Part shown: positions 46,635 to 55,128 of the stretch, piece after piece
Layout of the letters: every line of letters starts with the position of its first letter
How positions within the stretch are numbered: the first letter of the stretch is position 1
Source of the DNA: Candidatus Fervidibacter sp.
GTDB taxonomy: Bacteria > Armatimonadota > Fervidibacteria > Fervidibacterales > Fervidibacteraceae
NCBI GenBank assembly: GCA_041446735.1
Contig: JBGOEP010000003.1
Coordinates: 2,117-66,116 of the forward strand
Direction of reading: 5' to 3'
Length of the DNA stretch: 64,000 bases
The notes under the pieces: model-generated
Told to the model about the DNA's origin: nothing
The model's database searches: none
The model's input: only the letters and a program-made list of their open reading frames with translations
Translations under genes and position numbers: made by a program

Positions 46635-47492
46635 ATGGCGTTGCTGGGCGCTCACTTGCCGACGCGAGGAAACTTGGCGTCGGCGCTGGAATTGGGTGCT
46701 CAACTCGGTTGTCAAGTCGTGCAACTGTTCGTGAAAAGCCCGATGCAATGGATGGCACCGCCGCTGACGGAAGCGGCGGTGTCAGCGTTTTTGGACGCTC
46801 GCTTTCGCACGAAGCCCCAAATCCTTGTCGCCCACGCCGCTTACCTCATCAACTTGGCGTCGCCGAAGCGAGAAGTGTTGCAACTTTCCCGTCAAGCGTT
46901 GCTGGAGGAAGCCCGTCGCTGCCAGCGGTTAGGCATCGCCTTTTTGGTCGTCCATGCGGGGGCGCATTTGGGAAGCGGCGAACGAAGCGGGCTTCAACGC
47001 CTGCGGGATAGTTTGCACTGGCTTTTAGACCACCTTGACAATTTGTCAACGCCCGTGGCGCTCCTTTTGGAGAACACGGCGGGGCAAGGAAGTTGCTTGG
47101 GTGCTCGGTTGGGGCAACTGGCGACAGCGATCGGCGATTTGCCCTGCGAACTCGTCGGCGTTTGCCTTGACACTTGTCACCTTTTTGCGGCGGGTTACGA
47201 ACTGCGGACGGAAGAGGGCGTTGCGGCGCTGGCGAAGGAAATTGCGGAAACGGTTGGGTGGCAGCGGGTGCGATTACTGCACGCCAATGACTCCTTGCGC
47301 CCTTTCGGTAGCCGCGTGGATCGCCATTGGCACATCGGTGAGGGGCATATCGGCATGAACGGGTTTCGGGCGCTGTTGCGTCACCCCCATTTTTCGTCGC
47401 TGCCCATCGTTTTAGAGACGCCCCAAGCCGAGCGCAAGCATGCGGAAAACTTGCGGCGGTTGCGCTCCCTGTTCGCCACGCCACAATCTTAG
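46635..47492 (+). CDS. nfo: Endonuclease IV
   Basis: HAAYLINLAS, VHAG, LENTAGQG, CLDTCH, HANDS, DRH.HIG.G, LETP. Confidence 0.95.
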   Translation: MALLGAHLPTRGNLASALELGAQLGCQVVQLFVKSPMQWMAPPLTEAAVSAFLDARFRTKPQILVAHAAYLINLASPKREVLQLSRQALLEEARRCQRLGIAFLVVHAGAHLGSGERSGLQRLRDSLHWLLDHLDNLSTPVALLLENTAGQGSCLGARLGQLATAIGDLPCELVGVCLDTCHLFAAGYELRTEEGVAALAKEIAETVGWQRVRLLHANDSLRPFGSRVDRHWHIGEGHIGMNGFRALLRHPHFSSLPIVLETPQAERKHAENLRRLRSLFATPQS

Positions 47493-47525
47493 TGGCGAAC
47501 TCAAAACGAAGGGAGCGATGGACCG

Positions 47526-48557
47526 ATGGGGGAGCGTCCGTTGCGGGTCGGCGTCGTGAGTTTGGCGCATGTCCATGCCCCCAGTTTGATCCGAGCGTTT
47601 CAGTCCCATCCGCAGGCGCAAGTCGTCGCCATCGCCCACGATGACCTTTCCCAAGCCCAACAACTTGCCGACCAATTACAAGTGCCCCGCGTTTACCTGA
47701 GCGCCGAGACGATGTTGGACAAAGAGCCGCTGGATGCTGTCCTTTGTTGTGCGCCCAACGCCCAGCATCATGAGGTCGTGGAATTGGCGACTGCCAAAGG
47801 GTTGCCCGTGTTCGTGGAGAAGCCGATGGCGGCGACCGTAGAACAAGCGCGGCGGATGTTGGCAGCGGCGCAAAAGGGTGGCACTTTGCTGATGGTCAAT
47901 TATCCCAGCACTTGGAATCCTGCCTTGCACACCGCCAAGCGATTGCTGGACGAGGGGGCAATCGGTCAACCCGTTTATTTCCGCTGGCGGGCAGGGCATC
48001 GCGGACCGTTGGCGCATTTGTCGCGCGAAGAGCAAGCGAGGTCGTGGTGGCATCAACGGTTGCTGGGCGGCGGAGCATTGCTGGACTTTTGCTGCTATGG
48101 CGCTAACATTTCGCTGTGGTGGTTCGGCGAGTTGCCCTTCAGCGTTCTGGGCGTCGCCGACCGATTGGTGAAACCGTTCGGCGATGCGGAAGACAACGCC
48201 ATTTTGGTCGCCCGTTACCCGAAAGCCTTTGCAGTGTTGGAAGCGTCGTGGAGTCAAGGCGGGTCGGTGTCGGGTGGTCCGATGGTTGTCGGGACGGAAG
48301 GCGCTTTGACGGTGACGCAACGAGAAGGGCAGGCAGGCGTGCTGTTAACGCGGGACGGGAAAGAAGAGTTCGTCGCTGCCGATGCGTTGCCGCCCAACTT
48401 TCAAAGCGGCGTGGCGCATTTCGTCGCGGCGCTCCTTGAGGGCACACCGCTGCATTTGACGGTTTCGCCCGAATTCAATCTCGGCGTTCAAGCGATTTTG
48501 GAGGCGGGATGGCTTTCGGCGAGGATGGGCACGGCAGTCAACCCGCGCCTTTTGTGA
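47526..48557 (+). CDS. Gfo/Idh/MocA family oxidoreductase
   Basis: Rossmann-type N-terminus, EKPMA, GGGALLDFCCY. Confidence 0.9.
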   Translation: MGERPLRVGVVSLAHVHAPSLIRAFQSHPQAQVVAIAHDDLSQAQQLADQLQVPRVYLSAETMLDKEPLDAVLCCAPNAQHHEVVELATAKGLPVFVEKPMAATVEQARRMLAAAQKGGTLLMVNYPSTWNPALHTAKRLLDEGAIGQPVYFRWRAGHRGPLAHLSREEQARSWWHQRLLGGGALLDFCCYGANISLWWFGELPFSVLGVADRLVKPFGDAEDNAILVARYPKAFAVLEASWSQGGSVSGGPMVVGTEGALTVTQREGQAGVLLTRDGKEEFVAADALPPNFQSGVAHFVAALLEGTPLHLTVSPEFNLGVQAILEAGWLSARMGTAVNPRLL

Positions 48558-48572
48558 GGGCGCATCGGGACG

Positions 48573-49451
48573 GTGATGGCGATGGTGCGTCATCCCCTTG
48601 TGGCGGGCATGTTTTATCCACACCATCCGCACGCCTTGCAGCAGCAACTGGAATGGTGTTTTCGGCACAAACTCGGCTACGGCGCTTTGCCGAAGGTGAA
48701 CGAGCAAGGGCGACGCCGCATCGTCGGGCTGGTCGTGCCGCATGCGGGCTACATTTATTCGGGCATGACGGCTTCGCGGGCTTACGCTGCGTTAGCGGAC
48801 GACGGCATCCCACAAGTGGCAGTTTTGTTTGCGCCCGCTCATTATCGCCCCGGCGCCCCTTTCGCTGTCTGGACGAAAGGCGCTTGGGAGACGCCCTTAG
48901 GGCAAGTCAAGGTGGCGGAGGAGTTGGCGCAAGCCTTAGTCGCTGCCGACGAGGGCTACGCCGAAGATTTCAACCCCCATTTGGGCGGGTTCGGTCACGG
49001 CGAACATAGCATTGAGGTGCAGTTGCCCTTCCTGCAATTCGTCTTCGGTGACCGAACGCCTGCCATCGTCCCTATCGCCGTCAGTTGCCATGAGTTGGAT
49101 GAACTGAAGCGGGCTGGTCAGGTGTTGGCGGAAGTGGTGCAGCAACAAAATGGCGATGTCGTGCTCATCGCCAGTTGCGACTTCACCCATTACGAACCCC
49201 ATGTCGTCGCTGAACGGCACGACCGAGAGACGCTGGAACGGTTGACCGCGTTGGACGCCGATGGCGTTTGGGATTGTGTGCGGCGCTATCCCAGCCAATC
49301 GGATGTGTTGGTTGCCATCCCCGTCGTGGAAGCGGCGAAAGGGCTGGGAGCGACGGAAGGCATCATCTTGGGCTACAGCACTTCGGGGCAAGTGACGGGC
49401 GATTTGAGCGAAGTCGTCGGCTACGGTGCCGCCGCTTTGTTGCGTCCGTGA
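48573..49451 (+). CDS. MEMO1 / AmmeMemoRadiSam protein B
   Basis: VAGMFYP, VPHAGYIYSG, TPLG, EHSIEVQLPFLQ, SCDFTHY, VGY. Confidence 0.9.
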   Translation: MMAMVRHPLVAGMFYPHHPHALQQQLEWCFRHKLGYGALPKVNEQGRRRIVGLVVPHAGYIYSGMTASRAYAALADDGIPQVAVLFAPAHYRPGAPFAVWTKGAWETPLGQVKVAEELAQALVAADEGYAEDFNPHLGGFGHGEHSIEVQLPFLQFVFGDRTPAIVPIAVSCHELDELKRAGQVLAEVVQQQNGDVVLIASCDFTHYEPHVVAERHDRETLERLTALDADGVWDCVRRYPSQSDVLVAIPVVEAAKGLGATEGIILGYSTSGQVTGDLSEVVGYGAAALLRP

Positions 49452-49511
49452 CGGATGCCCTTCGCCCGCTAACGGGCTTGACAAAAGGGCTTGACAAAGG
49501 AGGGACGCCGA

Positions 49512-50402
49512 ATGCGTCGGGTGACAGGCTTCGTTTTTGTCGGCATCGTCGCCATCGGGTTGGTCGGCTGTGGGCGAGTGCAAACGGGGGAAAAGGTTGG
49601 TCAGGCGACTTTAGTTTCGGAACGCCCCCGTCCCAAAGCCACCAAGCCAAAATCGGAGGCGCCCAAACCTGCGCCCCTCGTTGCGCCTGCTACGGGGATG
49701 ACGACCGTTGCACCGTCACCGACTGCCCCAACCCCTTCCGCCACACCTTCACCCGCAACTTCTCCGACACCTTCGCCGACAGGCGAGAAAGTTTCCCCGC
49801 CTGCGCCCGAAAGGTTGACTCCGCCAGTTTCGCCATCTCCCACACCTGCAGCGGCGCCGACCCCAAAAAGCCAACCGACGCCGACTGTTGAAGTTTTGCC
49901 GTTGGCGGATGAAGTTCGGAGCGTGCGGGCGATTTTGGAGTCGTTGCGGACGCAGTTTGACCGCCTTCCGCCCGACGAGGTTCGGATGCGCTTGTTGCTG
50001 GCGGAGCAAGGGTTGAGCGAAATTGAGGTGCGTTCCCCTGCGTTGGTGCTTTGGCGGACGGCGTTGCGGTTGGAGGCGTTGCAGAAAGCCCCGACGCCTG
50101 ACCTTGCCCTTGCAAAGGCGTGGCTTTCGCGAGCCCGCCAGTGGCTTTCTGGGGAGGGCTTAACGGCTATCGCCGAAGCGGAAAAGGCACTGGCAGCCAA
50201 CCGATGGGCGGACGGGATTGGGGCGTTGCGGTCAGCGGCACAACGATGGCGGGCGGACGAGCAATTGGCTGCCATCACCCAAACCCGTGCCAGTTTGCTG
50301 AACGCTTTGGACGCTTTGGAGCGACAGAAACCCGCCGTCGCTAGAGCCGAAATCGGCGAAAGTTTGAAGGGCATAGACCGCTTGCTGACGGCGCTGCCAT
50401 AA
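49512..50402 (+). CDS. Lipoprotein with Pro/Thr/Ser-rich linker and helical C-terminal domain
   Basis: Lipobox LVGC; PSATPSPATSPTPS tract. Start moved to 49512. Confidence 0.7.
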   Translation: MRRVTGFVFVGIVAIGLVGCGRVQTGEKVGQATLVSERPRPKATKPKSEAPKPAPLVAPATGMTTVAPSPTAPTPSATPSPATSPTPSPTGEKVSPPAPERLTPPVSPSPTPAAAPTPKSQPTPTVEVLPLADEVRSVRAILESLRTQFDRLPPDEVRMRLLLAEQGLSEIEVRSPALVLWRTALRLEALQKAPTPDLALAKAWLSRARQWLSGEGLTAIAEAEKALAANRWADGIGALRSAAQRWRADEQLAAITQTRASLLNALDALERQKPAVARAEIGESLKGIDRLLTALP

Positions 50403-50505
50403 CTGACGGCATTTTTGCGCTCCGTCAAAACCTTTCCCCGCCGAATGCCGCAACTTTTTCCCTGCCTGGCTTTTTGAGGCAACGGAAAAGGCTTCGCCCG
50501 ACCTG

Positions 50506-51054
50506 TTGGAGGTGACTTTTTCGGTGAGCGCTGCGCCCTTGCAAACGGTGGAAGAAGCCCGCCCACGCCTTTATGACATCGCTGCCCGACTAACCGCCGA
50601 CCGAGAGTTGCGAGAGGATTTGGTCAGCGAGATGACGCTGTTTTTGTTGGAGCGATGGAAGGAGTTGAGTGACAAGCCCGACGCTTACATCTTCCGCGCC
50701 TGCTATCGCCACGCCATTGATGTCCTTCGGCGGGGCAAAAGCATAGACAGCAAGTCCCGCAGTGGCGTCGTCGTGGAGAGCCTTTGTGTTTTGTGCGAGC
50801 GGTTGGGCGTGGACGAATGCTTGTTCGCTTGCTCGGTCAATGGCAACGACGACCCTGAAGCCATCTTCACAGCCCGCTGCCTGATGCGGGAGTTGCTGGC
50901 TCGCTTGACGCCGACACAACGGGAAGTCTTGCTATTGCTGGTGGAAGGCTACCGTCCCGCCGAAATCGCCGCCAAGCGGGGCGTCTCCAAACCGACGGTG
51001 ACGAAATGCCTGCGGGCGATCCAACGCACCCTCGCCCAATTGCGCAAGGGATAG
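50506..51054 (+). CDS. ECF-like sigma-70 family sigma factor
   Basis: Sigma2-like REDLVSE..AYIFRACYRHAID; sigma4 LTPTQREVL..EGYRPAEIA..GVSKPTV. The start may be GTG 50524. Confidence 0.8.
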   Translation: MEVTFSVSAAPLQTVEEARPRLYDIAARLTADRELREDLVSEMTLFLLERWKELSDKPDAYIFRACYRHAIDVLRRGKSIDSKSRSGVVVESLCVLCERLGVDECLFACSVNGNDDPEAIFTARCLMRELLARLTPTQREVLLLLVEGYRPAEIAAKRGVSKPTVTKCLRAIQRTLAQLRKG

Positions 51055-51068
51055 TCCCGCTTTGAGGT

Positions 51069-53249
51069 TTACTTTTCGCCCGTTTGTTCGGGCGTCCGCA
51101 GCCGAAGCGTCCCCTCTTGCCACTCCACTGACTTGCCCAATGCCTGCCCTAAAGAGCGCAAAGGCAGGAAGGTGCGATTGCCCAACAGGAAGGGCGCTAT
51201 CGGGAGAACCAGCCGCTCCCCATTGACCGTCAGTTCCTTCCGCCCGATGGTCGCCAATAAACGCAACGACCCCAGAGTGGCGATGGCTTGCTTGTGGGTG
51301 TTGTCCCAATCCACGACGCCCCCACTGGCTTCCACAATGGCGCGGAAGGGACCGATGACCATCCCGTCCCGAAGGAAAGCGGGCGTCTCACTGTTGACGA
51401 GGCGGTCATCCACCCAAACTTTCACCGACGGGGCAGGCACCCAGATTTGTTGACCGACCCGCAAAGGAGCGCGAACAGACAATCCATTGGCAGCCGCCAG
51501 CACTTCAGGCTCAACGCCAAACCGCTCCGCCAAATTTTGGAGGGTGTCGCCTGCGATGGCAGTGTAGCGGAAGCCATGTAGGGGCTGGAGTTTGGGCGAA
51601 CGAACTTGCTGGCGGGCAGGCGTCGGCGCAGCGGGATGGGGCAACTCAGGCAGGGGCAAAACCCGCTCAGGTTCAGGCAACGACGCCGCCACTGATGACC
51701 CTGAAGGTGACGCCATCGCCATTCGCCGTGCCGTCAGCAAGACAAAACGAGGAGGTTCTGGCAGGGACGCTTTCATCCCCTCAGGCTTGGGGAGAACAGG
51801 CAATGCCCCTACTTGCCCCGTCGCCTTCGGCAGGGCGAGGTCAGTTCGGAAAGTTTGCACGCCCATCGTCGGTCGGGGTTGAGCCGACAAGGGCGCAGAA
51901 ACGCCCGACGCTAAGGGCGCTCGCTGAGGTGGTGACGACGGGCTTTGAGGGACGGGAGAAATAGAGCGAGAGAGTTCCAGACCTTGCGCCGTTTGAGGGG
52001 AGGGCAAGGTGGAAGGGGCGGAAGGCACGGGCATCACGCTAAGGGGGCGAGAAATCGCTTCAGCGATCTGAAGGGACGAGCGGGAAGAGGGCAAACCTTG
52101 CGCCGTTTGAGGCGAAGGCAAGGTGGAAGGGGCGGAAGGCACGGGCATCACGCTAAGGGGGCGAGAAATCGCTTCAGCGATCTGAAGGGACGAGCGGGAA
52201 GAGGGCAAACCTTGCGCCGTTTGAGGGGAGGGCAAGGTGGAAGGGGCGGAAGGCATGGGCATCACACCGAGGGGGCGAGGCATCGTTTCGGCGAGTTGGG
52301 GAGACGGGCGCGTGCCCGACGGAGATGTCCATTGCGGTTGAAGGCGAGAGGTCGGCGTGGGCAAGGGGTTGAGCATGGCGATCAAGGGTGTCATGGCGAC
52401 GGTCGGAAGGGCGAGGGTCGTTGTTGCCATCGTAGTAGCGGTCGTTAAGGTTGCGCCCCCTCTCGGTGGCGGGGCAGGCGTCGCTTGAGATAGGACGGGT
52501 TGGGCAACTTTGTTTTGGACGATGACCAACACCTCGTTGGAGAAAGTCCGTTGCCCCTGTTCGTTGACGACCCACGCTTGCAAGAGGTAAACGCCGTCGG
52601 GGAAGAGCGGTTCACCCGTGTTGGGATGGGTGACCGTTGTGTCCCAACGCACTTGCACTTCCACTTCCTGCCCTCTCAAAGTCCCCGTGTAGATGGACTG
52701 GTCGCGGGAAGTCGCCTGCTCCTTCGCCCGCAAGACCAACCCCCGCAACCCTTTGTCATCCCGGGCGCGAATAAGGACGATGACCGTCCCCCGCACCAAA
52801 GCGCCGCTGGTCGGGCTAACGATGTCCACTTTGGTGGGGCGGGACACTTGCCCCTTGATCAGTCGCAGCGACCCACTCCCTTCCCGCCCTTTCGCGTCCA
52901 CGACGCGGATGGTGATGGTGTAAACGCCGTCGGGAAACTGGCGGACACCTTGCCAAACCAGCGCCAACTCCACCTCAGGGGATGGCGGTTCAATGGGGAT
53001 AGGGTCGTTGCCTGGGTGCCCATTGACAAAGGGTTGATAGCGCATCAAGTTCGTCCCATCGGGGCTGGTCAGGCGGAAACGGATGGTGACTGACTCAGTG
53101 CCAGCGGGAATAACGGTTTCGTCTTGGGGCTCCAAGAAGGTGACTTTGGGGATGGCTTGGTCTTGCCCCCATCCATTGCCCAAAGCCAAGATGCCCAACA
53201 CGCCGACCAACCACCAAAACCTTCGTCGCTGGCTTCCATCCCGCCACAT
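51069..53249 (-). CDS. Secreted protein: two Ig-like domains, Pro/Ser-rich repeat stalk, LysM and copper-amine-oxidase-N-like domain
   Basis: Signal peptide; DGVYTI..VVD Ig motifs; YTAIAGDTL.NLAERFGV..LAAANGL LysM; PFRAIVEASGGVVDWD..NRTFLPLRSL. Confidence 0.85.
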   Translation of the reverse strand: MWRDGSQRRRFWWLVGVLGILALGNGWGQDQAIPKVTFLEPQDETVIPAGTESVTIRFRLTSPDGTNLMRYQPFVNGHPGNDPIPIEPPSPEVELALVWQGVRQFPDGVYTITIRVVDAKGREGSGSLRLIKGQVSRPTKVDIVSPTSGALVRGTVIVLIRARDDKGLRGLVLRAKEQATSRDQSIYTGTLRGQEVEVQVRWDTTVTHPNTGEPLFPDGVYLLQAWVVNEQGQRTFSNEVLVIVQNKVAQPVLSQATPAPPPRGGATLTTATTMATTTLALPTVAMTPLIAMLNPLPTPTSRLQPQWTSPSGTRPSPQLAETMPRPLGVMPMPSAPSTLPSPQTAQGLPSSRSSLQIAEAISRPLSVMPVPSAPSTLPSPQTAQGLPSSRSSLQIAEAISRPLSVMPVPSAPSTLPSPQTAQGLELSRSISPVPQSPSSPPQRAPLASGVSAPLSAQPRPTMGVQTFRTDLALPKATGQVGALPVLPKPEGMKASLPEPPRFVLLTARRMAMASPSGSSVAASLPEPERVLPLPELPHPAAPTPARQQVRSPKLQPLHGFRYTAIAGDTLQNLAERFGVEPEVLAAANGLSVRAPLRVGQQIWVPAPSVKVWVDDRLVNSETPAFLRDGMVIGPFRAIVEASGGVVDWDNTHKQAIATLGSLRLLATIGRKELTVNGERLVLPIAPFLLGNRTFLPLRSLGQALGKSVEWQEGTLRLRTPEQTGEK
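51981..52272 (-). repeat. 114-bp (38-aa) in-frame tandem repeat, about 2.6 copies
   Basis: ACCTTGCGCCGTTTGAGG recurs at 51981, 52095 and 52209; unit PLSVMPVPSAPSTLPSPQTAQGLPSSRSSLQIAEAISR. Confidence 0.95.
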
Positions 53250-53293
53250 GGCGCTCGCCTCCTCTGCACGCCTAAGGGCTGCTGACCGACGAG

Positions 53294-53322
53294 TTTATGC
53301 CACATCCCGTCCCATTTGTCAA
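53294..53322 (-). promoter_or_regulatory. Sigma70-like promoter for the LysM gene
   Basis: Minus strand TTGACA-17 bp-CATAAA with a TG extension. Confidence 0.5.
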
Positions 53323-53400
53323 CCCCCCTTGCCTTTCAGGAAGGCTGTGGCATCATCAAAAGCGTTCTGCAAACAAGAGCCTGCAAGGAGGCGGTTGACG

Positions 53401-54348
53401 ATGGGGCGGGCTGGATGGCTGGTGTTGCTGATGGCGATGGTCTCGGTCGCCCCAGCGATGCAGGAAACGGAGAAAGAGCCACCTCAAACGCAACTTTTGC
53501 GTTTGGACGGGAGCGTTCGGGGCATCATCGTCGGGCTGAACCGAGCGACCTTAGCCATCCTCTCTGCCCAACAGGTCGTCACCTACCTGCACTTGCCCGT
53601 TGACAAACTTCCCAACTGGGTGCGGACGGGTGTGGCAGTCACCGCCCTCTATCGGGTCAACGAAAACGGCGAATTTTGGGCGGAGAAAATCTCTCCGCCA
53701 TCGCCGACCGAGCCGCAAGAACCTTCCCCGACCACGCCCAAAATTGTCATCGTGCCCTTAGAATCGCTGACCAAGACCGAGCCGTCCCGACAAAGTTCCC
53801 TGACAGAGCAGCGGCAGCATTCCCTTCCCTCGCGGGGTTTGAACATTTTGCAGGCGCGGCTTCGCACGACCCTCAGCCCGATGGAAAGTGAAGTCCAACG
53901 GTTGCTGCCCCATTATCGGGCTGCCGTGAAATTTTTCAACGCCACCTTGACCGACGAGCAAGCCGATGCCATCGCCAGCACCATCATCCGCTGTGGCTTG
54001 CGATACGGCATAGACCCGCGTTTGATCGTCGCCGTCATCGCTTGTGAATCCAGTTTCCGCCCCAACGCCATCGGCAAAAAAGGCGAAATCGGCTTGGGGC
54101 AACTTAAGCCAGAGACGGCGGCGGGGTTGGGCGTCAACCCTTACGACCCCATCCAGAACATTGACGGTTGCGCCCGCTACCTGCGGCAGCAGTTGGAGCG
54201 TTTCGGTGACCTCGCTTTGGCGCTGGCGGCTTACAACGCTGGACCAAACGCCGTTGCAAAAGCGGGCGGCATCCCGCAAAATGGCATCACGCCCCGCTAT
54301 GTCCAAAAGGTGCTGGACCTTTATCGCCGCCTCTGCGGTCAACCGTGA
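53401..54348 (+). CDS. Lytic transglycosylase (SLT domain), secreted
   Basis: AVIACESSF, GLGQL, DPIQNI.G..YL, LAAYNAGP, YVQKV; AAGGAGG RBS. Confidence 0.9.
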   Translation: MGRAGWLVLLMAMVSVAPAMQETEKEPPQTQLLRLDGSVRGIIVGLNRATLAILSAQQVVTYLHLPVDKLPNWVRTGVAVTALYRVNENGEFWAEKISPPSPTEPQEPSPTTPKIVIVPLESLTKTEPSRQSSLTEQRQHSLPSRGLNILQARLRTTLSPMESEVQRLLPHYRAAVKFFNATLTDEQADAIASTIIRCGLRYGIDPRLIVAVIACESSFRPNAIGKKGEIGLGQLKPETAAGLGVNPYDPIQNIDGCARYLRQQLERFGDLALALAAYNAGPNAVAKAGGIPQNGITPRYVQKVLDLYRRLCGQP

Positions 54349-54354
54349 ACGGGC

Positions 54355-55113
54355 GTGACGCTGATGGCGAGCGAGGAAAGACTGGATGTTCAACAACCTG
54401 CTTTCCCTGCCCCTTTCGTCTCCGTCATCATTCCCGCCCGCAATGAAGCCGACCGCATCGCCCCAACAATCGCCGCTTTGAAGCGAGCGGCGACACGAAG
54501 CGAGTTGGCTTGGGAACTGATTGTCGTGGACGATGCTTCCGATGACGACACCGCCGTCGTCGCCGCGCAAGCGGGGGCGACCAAAGTTTTCCGCCTCTCT
54601 CGTCCCTCGTCCCTCGCCCCTCGTCCCTTCGGCAAGGGGGCTGCTTTGCGAAGGGGCATCGCCGAAGCGAAGGGCGAAATCCTGCTTTTCGTGGACGCCG
54701 ACATCGGCGACGACGCCGAAAAATTTTGGACGCTGGTGGAATGGGTTCGGCGGGGCGATGCCGACATGGCGATCGCCGCCCCGCCCCCCGACCCGAAGGG
54801 CGGAGGCTTCGGAATTGTCAAGACTTTTGCGGCGTGGGCAATCCGAAAGGCGACAGGTTTTCAACCGCAAGCGCCTTTGTCGGGGCAACGAGCCTTGCGC
54901 CGAACTGTGTTGGAACGCCTCCAAATCGCTGATGGCTATGCGGTGGAGACGGCGTTGACGATAGATGCGTTGCGAGCCCGTTTTCGGGTCGTGGAAGTGC
55001 CCATCCCTTTCGGGCATCGGGCGTTGGGGAAAAGTTGGCGGGGCTTTTTGCATCGGGCAAAACAACTTTGGGACATCGCCAAAGCCGTCCTGCCCCGATT
55101 GCTGTCCAAGTGA
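54355..55113 (+). CDS. Glycosyltransferase family 2
   Basis: VIIPARNEA, VVDDASDDDT, GKGAAL, FVDAD, LSGQR. Confidence 0.9.
   Translation: MTLMASEERLDVQQPAFPAPFVSVIIPARNEADRIAPTIAALKRAATRSELAWELIVVDDASDDDTAVVAAQAGATKVFRLSRPSSLAPRPFGKGAALRRGIAEAKGEILLFVDADIGDDAEKFWTLVEWVRRGDADMAIAAPPPDPKGGGFGIVKTFAAWAIRKATGFQPQAPLSGQRALRRTVLERLQIADGYAVETALTIDALRARFRVVEVPIPFGHRALGKSWRGFLHRAKQLWDIAKAVLPRLLSK
54600..54627 (+). repeat. TCGTCCC x4 heptamer tract inside the GT2 CDS
   Basis: TCGTCCC TCGTCCC TCGCCCC TCGTCCC; encodes RPSSLAPRP just before GKG. Confidence 0.85.
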
Positions 55114-55128
55114 AAGGGTGACCGCACC

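Noticed and set aside
49601-50566. Long antisense or alternate-frame ORFs throughout the window (e.g. 5557-6630, 7936-9189, 26620-27591, 38579-39829, 45061-46101, 53758-55296, 59973-61202)
   Set aside because: They are shadows of well-supported genes, as expected in high-GC DNA, and have no recognisable motifs.
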